DNA of 64,000 bases from Mobula hypostoma. Its lineage: Eukaryota. Made by a program: the position numbers and the translations under genes. Position 1 is the stretch's first letter; each line of letters starts with the position of its first letter. The stretch is from contig NC_086097.1 of the NCBI RefSeq assembly GCF_963921235.1, forward strand, positions 166,348,001 through 166,412,000, given 5' to 3'. Below, piece after piece: positions 34,578 through 46,955 of this stretch. The notes beneath the pieces are model-generated. The model saw only the letters and a list, made by a program, of their open reading frames with translations. It searched no databases and was not told where the DNA came from.

Positions 34578-35130
34578 TATAACAGTAGAATAGAAGCTGT
34601 TCTTGAGCTTGGTGGAATAAATTTCAGTCTTTTTTATCTTCTGCCTCATGGGAGGGGGGAAAAGAGAATGTCTGAGATGAGTGAGGCTTTTGACTATGTT
34701 GACTACAGAGGCAGTGAGAAATGTAGACAGAGGCCATGAAGTGGAGCCTGGTTTCTGTGATTGCCTGAGCTGTGTCTACTACTCTCTGCAGTTTCTTATA
34801 GTAGTGGTAGAGCAGTTGTCATACCAACCTGTGAAGCATCCAGATAGGATGCTTTCGATAGTGCATTGATAAAAATTGATCAGGGTGAAAGGGGACAGGC
34901 CAAATTTTTTTAGGAAGTAGAGGTGCTCGTAAGTTTTCTTGGCAGTGTCATCAATGTGGTTGGACCAGGATATGCAATTCGTGATATTCACTACTATGAA
35001 CTTGAAGCTCCTAACCTTCCCAGTCTCAACCCTGTTGATGTAGACAGAAGCATGTGCACTGTGCCCCTTTCTGAACTCTTTTGCTTTGTTGACATTGGAA
35101 GAAAGATTATTGTCACACACCATCTCCTTC
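34578..35130 (-). mobile_element. Older Rex1 3' fragment (host of the 32305-34577 insertion; its tail continues at ~31965-32300)
   Basis: ORF 34779-35123 'FKFIVVNITNCISWSNHI...KKFGLSP.TL.NFYQCTIESILSGC'. Confidence 0.82.
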
Positions 35131-35764
35131 CACTACACTAATTTTGTAAAGATTGAGAACAGACTGACAATCTCAGCACTTACAAAGGCTAAAACACCCC
35201 TTATTGTCTACACAATGCCCATATTTACTCTTGTAGAAGACAGATGTTGTGACATTTATTACACAGACTTATATCGTGGTCCTGAGCCAAGAGATCTCAG
35301 CCTTGGCAGACACTAGAGTTATTAGGCTTGATCACTTTGGCCTACATCAGTCAGCTGTTCTTGCATTTATAAATACTTATTTTAAGGTGCCCTTTTTGCT
35401 TGATTCAGTTCCTTTTCCTGTATCTTTCTTATACAAATTGGTTTCTTCATTGCACCCTTCCTCCTATCTGTTTATTTTGTGCACTGCTTAATTATTTTGA
35501 CAAGGACTGAATGCACTAGGTTCCAGGTGTTTGGCATTTCATAACTCTTAAATAATTATACTATTTACAGTTCTTTCCCATTGAATCCATCTGTTCACTT
35601 TTTCAATTTTACGAGCTGATTATAATCCACCAAAATAAGTTTTTCAGAGAATGATCTGAAGGAAGTAATGTTATGTTGAACTGCTGTTTCTATGCTCAGC
35701 ACTGAGAAAGATGGTGCTAGTGGAACAGTTAGTAAATAAGCAAATACATTAGCAGTTAACAAAT

Positions 35765-37316
35765 ACTTTAGGACAGATAAGTCCCCGGGGCCTAACGGAA
35801 TATTCCCCAGGCTGCTCCATGAGGCGAGAGAAGAGATTGCTGAGCCTCTGGCTAGGATCTTGATGTCCTCGTTGTCCACGGGAATGGTACCGGAGGACTG
35901 GATGGAGGCGAATGTTGTTCCCTTGTTCGAAAAAGGTTGTAGGGATAGTCCGGGTAATTATAGACCAGTGAGCCTTACGTCTGTGGTAGGAAAGCTGTTG
36001 GAAAAGATTCTTAGAGATAGGATCTATAGGCATTTAGAGAATCATGGTCTGATCAGGTACAGTCAGCATGGCTTTGTGAAAGGCAGATCGTGTCTAACAA
36101 GCCTGATAGAGTTCTTTGAGAAGGTGACCAGGCATATAGATGAGGGTAGTGCAGTGGATGTGATCTATATGGATTTTAGTAAGGCATTTGACAAGGTTCC
36201 ACATGGTAGGCTTATTCAGAAAGTTAGAAGGCATGGGATCCAGGGAAGTTTGGCCAGGTGGATTCAGAATTGGCTTGCCTGCAGAAGGCAGAGGGTGGTG
36301 GTGGAGGGAGTACATTCAGATTGGAGGATTGTGACTAGTGGTGTCCCACAAGGATCTGTTCTGGGACCTCTACTTTTCGTGATTTTTATTAACGACCTGG
36401 ATGTGGGGGTAGAAGGGTGGGTTGGCAAGTTTGCAGACGACACAAAGGTTGGTGGTGTTGTAGATAGTGTAGAGGATTGTTAAAGATTGCAGAGAGACAT
36501 TGATAGGATGCAGAAGTGGGCTGAGAAGTGGCAGATGGAGTTCAACCTGGAGAAGTGTGAGGTGGTACACTTTGGAAGAACAAACTCCAAGGCAGAGTAC
36601 AAAGTAAATGGCAGGATACTTGGTAGTGTGGAGGAGCAGAGGGATCTCGGGGTACATGTCCACAGATCCCTGAAAGTTGCCTCACAGGTGGATAGGGTAA
36701 GAAAGCTTACGGGGTGTTAGCTTTCATAAGTCGAGGGATAGAGTTTAAGAGTCGCGATGTAATGATGCAGCTCTATAAAACTCTGGTTAGGCCACACTTG
36801 GAGTACTGTGTCCAGTTCTGGTCACCTCACTATAGGAAGGATGTGGAAGCATTGGAAAGGGTACAGAGGAGATTTACCAGGATGCTGCCTGGTTTAGAAA
36901 GTATGCATTATGATCAGAGATTAAGGGAACTAGGGCTTAACTCTTTGGAGAGAAGGAGGATGAGAGGAGACATGATAGAGATGTACAAGATCATAAGAGG
37001 AATAGATAGAGTGGATAGCCAGCGCCTCTTCCCCAGGGCACCACTGCTCAATACAAGAGGACATGGCTTTAAGGTAAGGGGTGGGAAGCTCAGGGGGGAT
37101 ATTAGAGGAAGGTTTTTTACTCAGAGAGTGATTAGTGCGTGGAATGCACTGCCTGAGTCAGTGGTGGAGGCAGATACACTAGTGAAATTTAAGAGACTAC
37201 TAGACAGGTATATGGAGGAATTTAAGGTGGGGGCTTATATGGGAGGCAGGGTTTGAGGGTCGGCACAACATTGTGGGCCGAAGGGCCTGTACTGTGCTGT
37301 ACTATTCTATGTTCTA
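35765..37316 (+). mobile_element. CR1 LINE, 5'-truncated, near-intact ORF2 RT (one stop, one frameshift)
   Basis: 'KSPGPNGI', '[18 protein letters not shown]', '[13 protein letters not shown]', '[13 protein letters not shown]', '[13 protein letters not shown]', 'KFADDTK' and 'RRMRGDMIE', then a (TTCTATG)n tail. Confidence 0.96.
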
Positions 37317-37879
37317 TAATGGACTTCCACTCAGAGGATGGGTATTTCTCAGAAAATTACCAAGGCTTCTAGAGTGTAGTAAGTGAGGGCAGAGGTCAGC
37401 TTGAGTTCATATAGTTGGCAATGTTCTTTCCCTCAGAGCTGGTTTCTCCAGTTCTAGTTGTTGTCCTAGACTTCTATATTATTGCATCAGGATTATATCT
37501 TTCACAATGTATGCCATAAAAAATATAATTGGAATGTCTCATAGGAAAGTCTGTGCTTTTTCATTTGCCAGACTCTCTGTTGCTTATTTTCAATGAATTT
37601 AAAACAGATGGGTTCCATTTTCCATCTCACTTGACTCTTGGAAAACAATTCACCACTGGAAATTGGGCATGGGGGAAGATACTTCCGGAAAAACACTTCA
37701 TGGCTCACACAGATATGATATCTTCCTTTCCCTTATCACAAAATTGTGTAGCCAGATGGGAATGTCATGGAAAATACTGAGTCATTGTCTTTCTCATAGC
37801 AAAGATCACCTGGATGGCCATTGCTAAACTTTCCTCTCTCAGAATACAATTCCTTCCCAGCTTATCAATGTCTGACTTA

Positions 37880-38432
37880 CACTCAGTGGCCACTTTATTA
37901 GGTACGCCTGCTCACTAATGCAAATATCTAATCAGGCAATCACATGCGGTAACTCAAAACATAGAAGTATGCAGGTACGGTCACGAGATTGACTTGTTGT
38001 TCAGACCAAACACCAGAATGGAGAAGAAACGTGATTTAAGTGACTTTGATCATGGAATGATTGTTGCTGCCAGATAGGGTAGTTTGAGTATTTCAGAAAC
38101 TATTGATCTCCTGGGATTTTCATGCACCATAGTCTCAATCTCCAGAGTTTACAGAGAATGGCATGAAAAACAAAAAAAAATCCAGTGAGTGGCAGTTCCG
38201 TGCATGAAAATGTCCTGTTAATGAGAGAGGTCAGAGGAAAATGGGCAGACTGGTTCATACTTACAGGAAGGTGACAGTACCTCACACTCAATGATGTAGA
38301 GAAGTGCATTTCTGAATGCACAATATGTCAAACCTTGAAGTGGATGGGTTACAACAGCAGAAGACCCTGAACATGCACTCACTGACCACTTTATTATGTA
38401 TAGGAAGGACTTAGTAAAGTGGCCACTGATTG
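37880..38432 (+). mobile_element. Tc1/mariner non-autonomous element with HTH remnant
   Basis: Left end TA|CACTCAGTGGCCACTTTATTAGGT; right end AGTAAAGTGGCCACTGATTG. Internal peptide 'MEKKRDLSDFDHGMIVAAR*GSLSISETIDLLGFS' is a Tc1 N-terminal HTH. An extra TIR-like copy lies at 38376-38400. Confidence 0.85.
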
Positions 38433-38627
38433 AATGTGTACAGCCTATATGAGTGAATGAGTGTTTGGGAGATCCTTTAGGTGGTTTTGTTGACTGCTGC
38501 ACGGAGAAGGTCAACTTTTTGGCAGGTATGGAATAGTTTGTGCGCACATTTCCAATTTGCACACCAATCAGATTACATCATGCTTTCGTCAGCATGACCT
38601 GGCAGTGCTTTTGCATGAATTGCAACG

Positions 38628-39325
38628 GGTTGGTTTGCAGGTGCAAAAGAAAATCAAGAAGGCAAATGGAATATATTTCATAAATATAATATATATAAAT
38701 TTATGAGCAGGGAGGCCAGACTGCAATTTTACAGAGACTGTACCTGGAGCATTGTGTGAGTCCTGCTCTCTTTATCTGAGGAAAGACAAACTGGCTTTGG
38801 AGGCAGTGCAAAGCAGATTCGCGAGGTTGGTTCTGAAGATGAGAGAGTATTCTTTGAGGAGAGATTGAGTCGCCTGGGATGATACTGGCTGGATTTCAGA
38901 AAGATGAGAAGAGATCTTACTGAAACATAATAAATTATGAAAGAGATAGATAAGTTAGAAGTAGGCAAGATAAGATAGAGGCTTATCTAGTTGTTTCCAC
39001 TGGTAAGTGAGACTAGAACTATGGGATATAGCCTCAAAATTCAAGGTAATAGATTTAGGATGGAGATGATGAGAAACTGTTTCACCCAGAAAGTGGCGAA
39101 TCTGTGGAATTCTTTGTCTAGGGAAGCAGTAGAAGTTATCTCATTAAATATACTTGACGCAATCAGATAGATCTATGCATAGCAGGGGAATTAAGGGCCA
39201 TGGGGAAAAGGCAGGAGGGGCAGCTTGAGTCCACGACCAGATCAGCCATGATCTATTGAATGGTAGAGCAGGCTCAATGGGCAAACTCATCTGCTCCTGC
39301 TCCTATTTTGTAAGGTCTTATGACT
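38628..39325 (+). mobile_element. Degraded CR1 3' fragment
   Basis: Remnants of 'KKANG', 'LEAVQSRF', 'RKMRRDLTET' and 'FTQKVANLWNSL', with a CR1 3' UTR. Confidence 0.8.
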
Positions 39326-39561
39326 TTATGAGCTATTCACAAGAATAGAACCCTGCTGTAACCGCTGGGGGCCTTTTCTGAAGAAGTATGTCACTTCAAT
39401 ATTAATCAAAGATATGCCAGATAAATAAACACTTGTAAAAAATTAACAAGTGATAAATACCAAAAGCAATGGAATCTAGCCACAAAGGTCTAGCAAAGTC
39501 AATCATATTTTACTATATTTCTGCATCATATTAGCATGGGATTAAGCACACAGTCATTGTT

Positions 39562-39790
39562 AGCAACACACATCAAAGTTGCTGGTGAACGCAGCAGGCC
39601 AGGTAGCATCTCTAGGAAGAGGTACAGTCGACGTTTCGGGCCGAGACCCTTCGTCAGGACTAACTGAAGGAAGAGCTAGTAAGAGATTTGAAAGTGGGAG
39701 AGGGAGGGGGAGATCCAAAATGATAGGAGAAGACAGGAGGGGGAGGGATGGAGCCAAGAGCTGGACAGGTGATTGGCAAAAGGGATATGA
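39562..39790 (-). mobile_element. Penelope-like terminal repeat with pyrimidine-rich UTR (well preserved)
   Basis: CpG-retaining copy of the PLE repeat that contains the hammerhead motif listed next. Confidence 0.85.
39626..39661 (-). ncRNA. Minimal type I hammerhead ribozyme motif
   Basis: Minus strand 5'-AGUC CUGACGA A GGGU-CUCG-GCCC GAAAC GUC^GACU-3'. Stem I is AGUC/GACU, the CUGANGA and GAAA core boxes are intact, stem II has 4 bp, stem III is the palindrome ACGU, and the cleavage triplet is GUC. Confidence 0.8.
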
Positions 39791-40414
39791 GAGGTCATTG
39801 TTAGCATCCAGCCAGAAAGCAGAAATGCAGAGGAAAAGAAACATCAACTAAGTGGAAATAGCGATTGACTGTCATGACCACTCAGCTAAAATCAATGTGA
39901 AAGGCAAACAGACTTGAAGTGACTCCTGTAATAGGATAAGTCTCAGCTATGTTGGTGGGTAATGAGTTGCTAGGCCTGCATATAGTGTACAAACTGTTTG
40001 CCAAAGTAGTTTCGGATTTTATAATGTAAGAAATCCTGGCGCACATCAAAGGGCTGTGATGTAAAGAGTTATGTTCCCTCTTCTCTTGTAGTACATGGAA
40101 GAAGCCTATGCCAAGCTGCCAATAGAGACCACCTGTACCACTCACAAACTTGTGTAATCACAGAACAAAATTTAACTGTCAGCATTCAGCATCCACGGCT
40201 GGGGTGAGTGCAGAAATCCAAGCAACACTGCACCACTTATTTCGTGCGCTGGTTGTCCCTTTAGTTGCTGCAAATGACCCGGGGCAGAGCATCACAAAAT
40301 ATGCGGTGCTGCCACAAGTTGCTGCAAGTAGACTGAAAACAAACCTCGCAACAATTACAGGCGCCAGCCCACACTACTGGGCTGATGTAGGGAGAATTAA
40401 GGATTGACTGATTT

Positions 40415-41000
40415 TGGTATTGGCGCTGGTTTATAATTGTCACATATACCAAGATGCGGTGAAAAGCTTGTCTTGCATGCTGATTATACAGATCAAACCA
40501 TTACACAATGCATTGAACAAGAATAAAATAAAACAATAGCAATGCAGGATAAAGTGTAAAAGCTACTGAAAAAGTGGAGTGCAGGGTAATGATAAGGTGC
40601 AAAATCATAACAAGGTAGATTGTGAAGCCAAGTGTCCATCCTATTGTACAAGAAGTCCATTCAACAATCTAATAACAGTGGGATAGAAGCTGTGCTTGAG
40701 CATGGTAGTACATGTGTTCAGGCTTTTGTTTCTTCTGCCCACTGGGAGAAGGGGGAGGAGAGAATGCCCAGGGTGGGTGAGGTCTCTGACTCTGTTGGAT
40801 GCTTTACTGAGGCAGTGTGAAGTATAGTCAGAGTTCATAGAAGGGAGACTGATTCCTGTGAAATGCTGAGCTGTGTCCTCAACTCTCTGTAGTTTCTTGA
40901 GGTCAAATGCAGAGCAGTTGCCATACCAAGTCATTATGCAGCCAGCCAGAATGCTTTCTATGGTACATCAATAAAATTGGTCAGAGTTAATGGCGCCGTG
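40415..41000 (-). mobile_element. Rex1 3' fragment
   Basis: ORF 40641-40934 'WYGNCSAFDLKKLQRV...DLTHPGHSL..LLPVGRR...SFYPTVIRLLNG', plus tail. Confidence 0.85.
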
Positions 41001-41109
41001 CTGAGTTTCTGTGGTCTGCACAGACTTACCTCCTACCATGGGTGCCACGGTAGCACAGTGGTTAGTGTGATGTTATTACAGCTCAGATTGTTGGAGTTCA
41101 GAGTTCAGA

Positions 41110-42270
41110 GATCAGAATCAGAATGAGAATCAAGTTTATTATCACCAGCATGTGATATGCAAGTTGTTAACTTAGCAGCAGCAGTTCAATGCAATACATA
41201 ATCTAGCAGAGAAATAATAATAATAATAAATAAACAAGTAAATCAATTACGTATATTGAATAGATGTAAAAACATGCAAAAATAGAAATACTGTATATTA
41301 AAAAAGAGAGGTAGTGTCCAAAGATTCAATGTCCATTTAGGAATCGGATGGTAGAGGGGAAGAAGCTGTTCCTGAATCGCTGAGTGTGTGCCTTCAGGCT
41401 TCTGTACCTCCTACCTGATGGTAACAGTGAGAAAAGGGCATGCCCTGGGTACTGGAGGTCCTTAATAATGGACACTGCCTTTTTGAGACACCACTCCCTA
41501 AAGATATCCTGGGTACTTTGTAGGCTAGTACCCAAGACGGAGCTGACTAGATTTAGAACCTTCTGCAGCTTCTTTCGGTCCTGTGCAGTAGCCCCTCCAT
41601 ACCAGACAGTGATGCAGCCTGTCAGAATGCTCTCCACGGTACAACTATAGAAGTTTTCGAGTCTATTTGTTGACATGCCAAATCTCTCCAAACTCCTAAT
41701 GAAGTATAGCCGCTGTCTTGTCGTCTTTATAACTACAAACTTGTACATCTGTATGTTGGGACTAGGTTAGATCCTCAGAGATCTTGACACCCAGGAACGT
41801 GAAGCTGTTCACTCTCTCCACTTCAGATCCCTCTATGAGGATTGGTATGTGCTCCATCGTCTTACCCTTCCTGAAGTCCACAATCAACTCTTTCATCTCA
41901 CTGACGTTGAGTGCCAGGTTGTTGCTGCGGCACCATTCCACTAGTTGGCATATCTCACTCCTGTACGCCCTCTGTACACCTGAGATTCTGCCAACAGTGG
42001 TTGTATCATCAGCAAATTTATAGATGGTATTTGAGCTATGTCTAGGCACATAGTCATGCATATATAGAGAGTAGAGCAGTGGGCTAAGCACACACCCCTG
42101 AGCTGCACCAGTGTTGATCATCAGCAAGGAGGATATGTTATCACCAATCTGCACAGATTGTGGTCTTCTGGTTAGGAAGTCGAGGATCCAATTGCAGAGT
42201 GAGGTACAGAAGCCCAGATTCTGCAACTTCTCAATCAGGATTGTGGGAATGATGGTATTAAATGCTGAGC
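41110..42270 (-). mobile_element. Rex1/Babar LINE 3' fragment (RT end, C-terminus, tail)
   Basis: ORFs 41762-42226 'CNWILDFLT...[16 protein letters not shown]...KFADDTT' and 41326-41748 'RQRLYFIRSL...LLPSGRRYRS'. It interrupts a SINE head at 41040-41105. Confidence 0.94.
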
Positions 42271-42757
42271 TTCACTTCACATAAATTCCTTAGCGTGAAG
42301 TGGAAAATTTCAACTGCAAGCAGTTCAATTCTTCAAGAGAAGGCTTATAGCATAAACAGTCCATTCAAACAAGATCTTTCGTTACCTTATAAAGGTTTTT
42401 CAAATACAGCCCGATTTAGACAATCCTCTATGTTGAAGTTACTTTAATGCTTGCATCATGTATTTCTGACCCATTAAAGTCATAGAATCTTACAGCATAC
42501 CAATCCCATTGTTTATCACTCAGTTGTAGCCTTCATTGCCATGGCATTTCAAGTGCTTTATCTAATTAAATGCTAAGAGTGTGCTTACCTTTACCATCCC
42601 CTCACTCAGTACATCCCAGGCTTCAGCTATCCTCTGGCTAAAAAGCTTCTTCCTCTAATCTCCTCTTAGTTTTCTACCTGTTAACCAAAACCTACATCCT
42701 CTGGTTTTAGAACCTCTGCTAAGGGATGAACTCTCTATCCAGGGAAGCAAGCTGGTG

Positions 42758-43310
42758 AACACACAAGAGAGTGCAAATGCTGAAATCAGGAACAACAAGC
42801 AATCTGCTGGAGGAATTCAGCAACTCAAGCAGAATCTGTTGCAGAGAGATAGGACTATTGACATTTCAGGTTGACACCCTGCATCAGGGTTGAGAGTAGA
42901 TTGCCAGCATAAAGGGATATGCATGGTCAGGAATGGACCCAAGGTGATTGGTGGACTGAGGAGTAGTGAAGGATGATTGGCAGGTTCAGGGTGCAATGGA
43001 GTTGAGAGACAGAGGCAGGCAAATAATAAATGGAGGTGATGACAAAAACAGAGGCAGTTGGAGCCAGGTGGGGGAGGGTGAAGATGCAAACAGCTAGGAT
43101 GGTGATAAGCAGGCTACCAGTGCTGAAATCTGATAAGTGGGGAAGGTGATAAAGGAACCATTAGGAGAGAGGAAAAGGGCAGGTAGAACCAGAACCAGAT
43201 GGGGGGAGGAGGGCATGGAGCAAATGGGTGAAATGTGTGGGTGGTAGGTGGGGGAAAGCACGTGTGGGCTTGAGGAAGATATAGGAAAGGAGATAGAAGG
43301 ATGATTGAAA
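42758..43310 (-). mobile_element. Penelope-like terminal repeat plus UTR, degraded, with variant hammerhead region
   Basis: Minus strand 'CCCTGATGCAGGGTGTCAACCTGAAATGTCAATAG' at ~42855-42890, followed by the shared repeat. Confidence 0.72.
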
Positions 43311-43779
43311 AGATGTGAAGAGAACACATTGAAGGTGATGGTCTCCAGAAATAAGGAACATTTATGATCATTCTGTTGGAAAAGAGCTTGGTGAATAATC
43401 TCTCTATAGAGCAATAAACTTGTGTAAAGTTCCAGCCTGCCATTACTTACATACTGATATTATTTTGTAATGGTTTACACTACTGTATAGTTATCTTGTT
43501 CTCTTTTCAGCTGGTGTGGGATAACTTCTTTAAGAAAACATGACCTTAAAGAAAAAAAGCAAAAGTAATTCACCAATAAAATTGGATGTACAGCTTTATT
43601 TATTGTAAATAATATTTTAATGTACATTAGATATATAACAGTATGTTCATATTACATTTATTCATAGGGAGGTAATCTGAAAGTTGAAAGTTTCCAGTCA
43701 GTCACACTGCTTTATGAGAACCCCTCTGAGCCGTAACAACTTCTGGGCAGACAAAGTCAACAAGCTAACTTGAGCTAAA

Positions 43780-43998
43780 ATAAAAAGCAAAATGCTGGAA
43801 ACACTCCGGAGATGAAGTATTTCACGTTAATGATCTTCCTTGGTTCCTATGAAGGGTTCCAGGACCATTTCCATAGCTCAAGTCCTTTGAAAGATCATCA
43901 TTCTGAAACATTAACTGTGCTGCACTCTGCGGAGATGCTGTATGATCTGCTGAGTAATACCAGCATTTCCAATTTTTTTCAGATTCCCAGATTTGTAG
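43780..43998. repeat. Degenerate inverted pair of Penelope-associated repeats
   Basis: Left 'AAAAGCAAAATGCTGGAAACACTC' is the inverse of right 'CTGCTGAGTAATACCAGCATTT'. Confidence 0.55.
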
Positions 43999-44194
43999 TA
44001 TGGTGGTTCAGGGAAGTCATGTTGAGCATCTCTCATCGAGTTCTGTAATTTGTTTCCAAATTCATAAATCAATAGTGCAGTGTGTAACTGTTTTTTCATT
44101 TATACTTTCTATTGGTGTGAACTGCAAGAGTCTGCCAACTACTCAATATTGCATAAACTATTTTGATTAGATAGTTTGCTATTTTATATAGTAC

Positions 44195-44420
44195 CAGAGT
44201 TATACAGTTCTAAACACAAAAAGGCCCACTAAATCCACACCAACCATCAAGCATTTATTTACAACTATCACTTTTCAAAAAAAATCTCCCCATATTCCAG
44301 CAACTCCCCCAGGATCTACATTTACCTACGCACTAGGAGTAATTTACAGTAGCCAATTAACCTCCCAACCAACTCATCTTTCGGATATGGGAAGAAACCA
44401 GAGGAATCATACATCTTCAT
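44195..44420 (-). mobile_element. Degenerate V-type SINE
   Basis: 'AATTTACAGTAGCCAATTAACCT...TCTTTCGGATATGGGAAGAAACCAGAG' is the reverse complement of the V-domain. A similar remnant lies at ~46230-46420. Confidence 0.7.
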
Positions 44421-46489
44421 TGACAGAATCCACCATCAGATTTCTGAATGCTTCATGAAACCACAAACTCTACTTTTCTATTCCTCTTTTGAACTATTTC
44501 TTTATTTATTTGTTTTTATTGTAACTTAAAGTTTTTTTTGTCTTGCACTGTACTACTGCCACAATACAACAAATTTCATGACAAATGTTAATGATAATAA
44601 ACCTGATTCTGATTCTGTAAGTAAACTGAATAAGCACCCTCCTCCCCAATCATACTGCACAATCCTGACAGGGTTTTTTACAACCTCAATGTATTAGTCA
44701 GTCAGAGGATGACATGTACTTATAAAGTTTCTATCTCTCCAAAGTAAAAGATATTTACTGATAAAGATGCAGCAATTTCAGTCTTCTTAATGGTAAGTAT
44801 TAAACCTTGCTTCAAGACTGATGCTAAGAGTCGCAAATAATTTTTAAGACTGGAAGTGTTTGCAGGTGTAGCTAATTCTCATCCTTTTGAATGACTACAT
44901 TTTGCTGCTGGGGCTTAGCCAAGGAGTTATTAGCAAGCACTGACTTTGAGGTTACTTTATGCTTGACAATTAATATGAAAATTGCTACTAGAAGATGACA
45001 ATATCAAAAGCCTCAAGTTGGAAGGAAACACAGAGATATGGAAAGAAATTTGATCCTTGCAGTTCAAAGCTTACATCCCACCCATGGCCATGAGGCAATC
45101 AGTTCTTGGCAACAATCCTTAGTTCTAATCATCAAACAACACATGGCTAGAGGAGGAGCACCTCTGACAACCACTGCAGCTTCAGATTGGTGCCCTTTTA
45201 ATGTTTATTCCCTTCCTTACCCTGAAGTGCTAACTGTTTCTAATCTTCAGTCTCCAGTTTCCCAACCCTCCCTCATCACCCTTGCCTACACAGATCCTTT
45301 AACACTTTCTTCACTGAAGTAAGCTCTCTTTGATGCTAACCTACCTTCACATTACTGACATGAAAGAGATACTGAAGCTGATTATGAAAGGCTTGTGCAT
45401 TTAACCATCAAGCTTGCACTGCCCAAGGGAAGTAATTCTAATCGACAAGCAGCACCACATCCTGCATGAATCAGAAGGTTGTGAACAACCAGTCCAACTG
45501 CTGCTTTGCTTTTTAATCAGGAACTTCTGAAAAATATTAATTTGATCAATAAGGGACATGAAATAATACCTTCCACCCAAAACCAGAAACACACTCAGTT
45601 CTGTTTAATGTGAACTGAAGGTAGATCAAGTAAAAATTGTTACGCTGAGGGCTGATATAAAAAGGCACAATTTTAATCCCACATGTCCAAAGGAAACAAG
45701 TTGGGTGGGCAGTTAACATTGACGATAGACTTAGTTGGCAAGGTCCTGCTCTCTTCCTGATTTAACCTGCCCTTCCTGTCAGCCAGGAAGGGTGCTTGTA
45801 GGAGGTGGTGCTGGTGTCTGATTGCTCTTTTAATCACACTCCTAATCAGGGATGCTGTGCGTCTTTCAATAAAAGGTCAGGCTCCAAAAGGTGAATTCTA
45901 AGAATCATAGAAGAATACAGCATGGAAACAAATCCTTTGGCCCGTGGAATCCGTAGCAACCTTTCATACCAATCCCATATTAAGTCTCAAGCTGAGTTTA
46001 TTGTGATGAACAATGAAAAACTTGCTCACAGCTTCATTACAGGAACATAGATTTAGACAACACACAGAACATAAATGTAAACGATACATAAATCGTACAA
46101 GATAATAAGAAACAAAACAAAGCATTAGAATCAAATCCATGGCAGTTCAAGAGGAGGGCTGTAATGTTCCATTGCTGAGGTGAGCTGTACAAGTTGATAT
46201 AAGAATCTGAAAGCTGTAGGAAAGCAGTCAATCCTATTTTTTGTTCTCCCTAATTTTTCATCAATGACTCCCAGATTCTACCGGTTGCAACCTACAGATG
46301 CAAGTAACCCACCAAATGTACATCTTTGTGACGTGGTTAGGAATTGGAGCACACAGAGCAAACTCATGGAATCACTCCCACACAGAGCAGCTAAGGTCAG
46401 GATTGACAGGATTGAGCCATCTGTGAATGTCTAACTACCTAAGGCTCTAACAAATTGAAATGGGTCTTCTAAATCTCAAGTATTCATGT

Positions 46490-46955
46490 TGACTTATTGT
46501 TGTCACATGTACTGAGATATAGTGAAAGGCTTTAATTTTGTATGCCATCCGGGCAGATCATTGCTTTACTTATTTACATCAAGCTGGTAAAAAGAAAAAA
46601 AAACAGCGTAGATGCACGGTGTTGCATCTACTGAAAAGTGCATGGATCACCATGAGAGTGATTGGTAGATCAAGAGTTCATCTTTTAGTGTATGACAGAT
46701 CTGTCCAAGAATCTGATAACAGTGAGACAGAAGCTGTCCTTGAGTCCAATGGTTAGTACTCTCTGGGTTCTGTACCTTCTGTCCAACGGAAGAGGGGAGA
46801 AGGGGGAATGGTCAGAGTTGGAGTGATCCTTGAATAACTTCGCAGCTTTCCCAAGGCTGTGGGTATGTAGGCAGAATCAAAGGAGGGAAGGTGGCTTTAA
46901 ATGATGGACTATGCCGTGTTCACAACTCTCTGCAATTTCTTCTGGTCTTGGGCAC
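46490..46955 (-). repeat. Degraded Rex1 3' fragment
   Basis: Tail 'TTATTGTTGTCACATGTACTGAGATATAGTGAAA' and ORF-end remnants matching 40415-41000. Confidence 0.7.

Noticed and set aside
35860..37256. Active CR1 reverse transcriptase gene
   Set aside because: 5'-truncated with no endonuclease or ORF1, an in-frame TAA at 36481-36483 and a frameshift near 36700.
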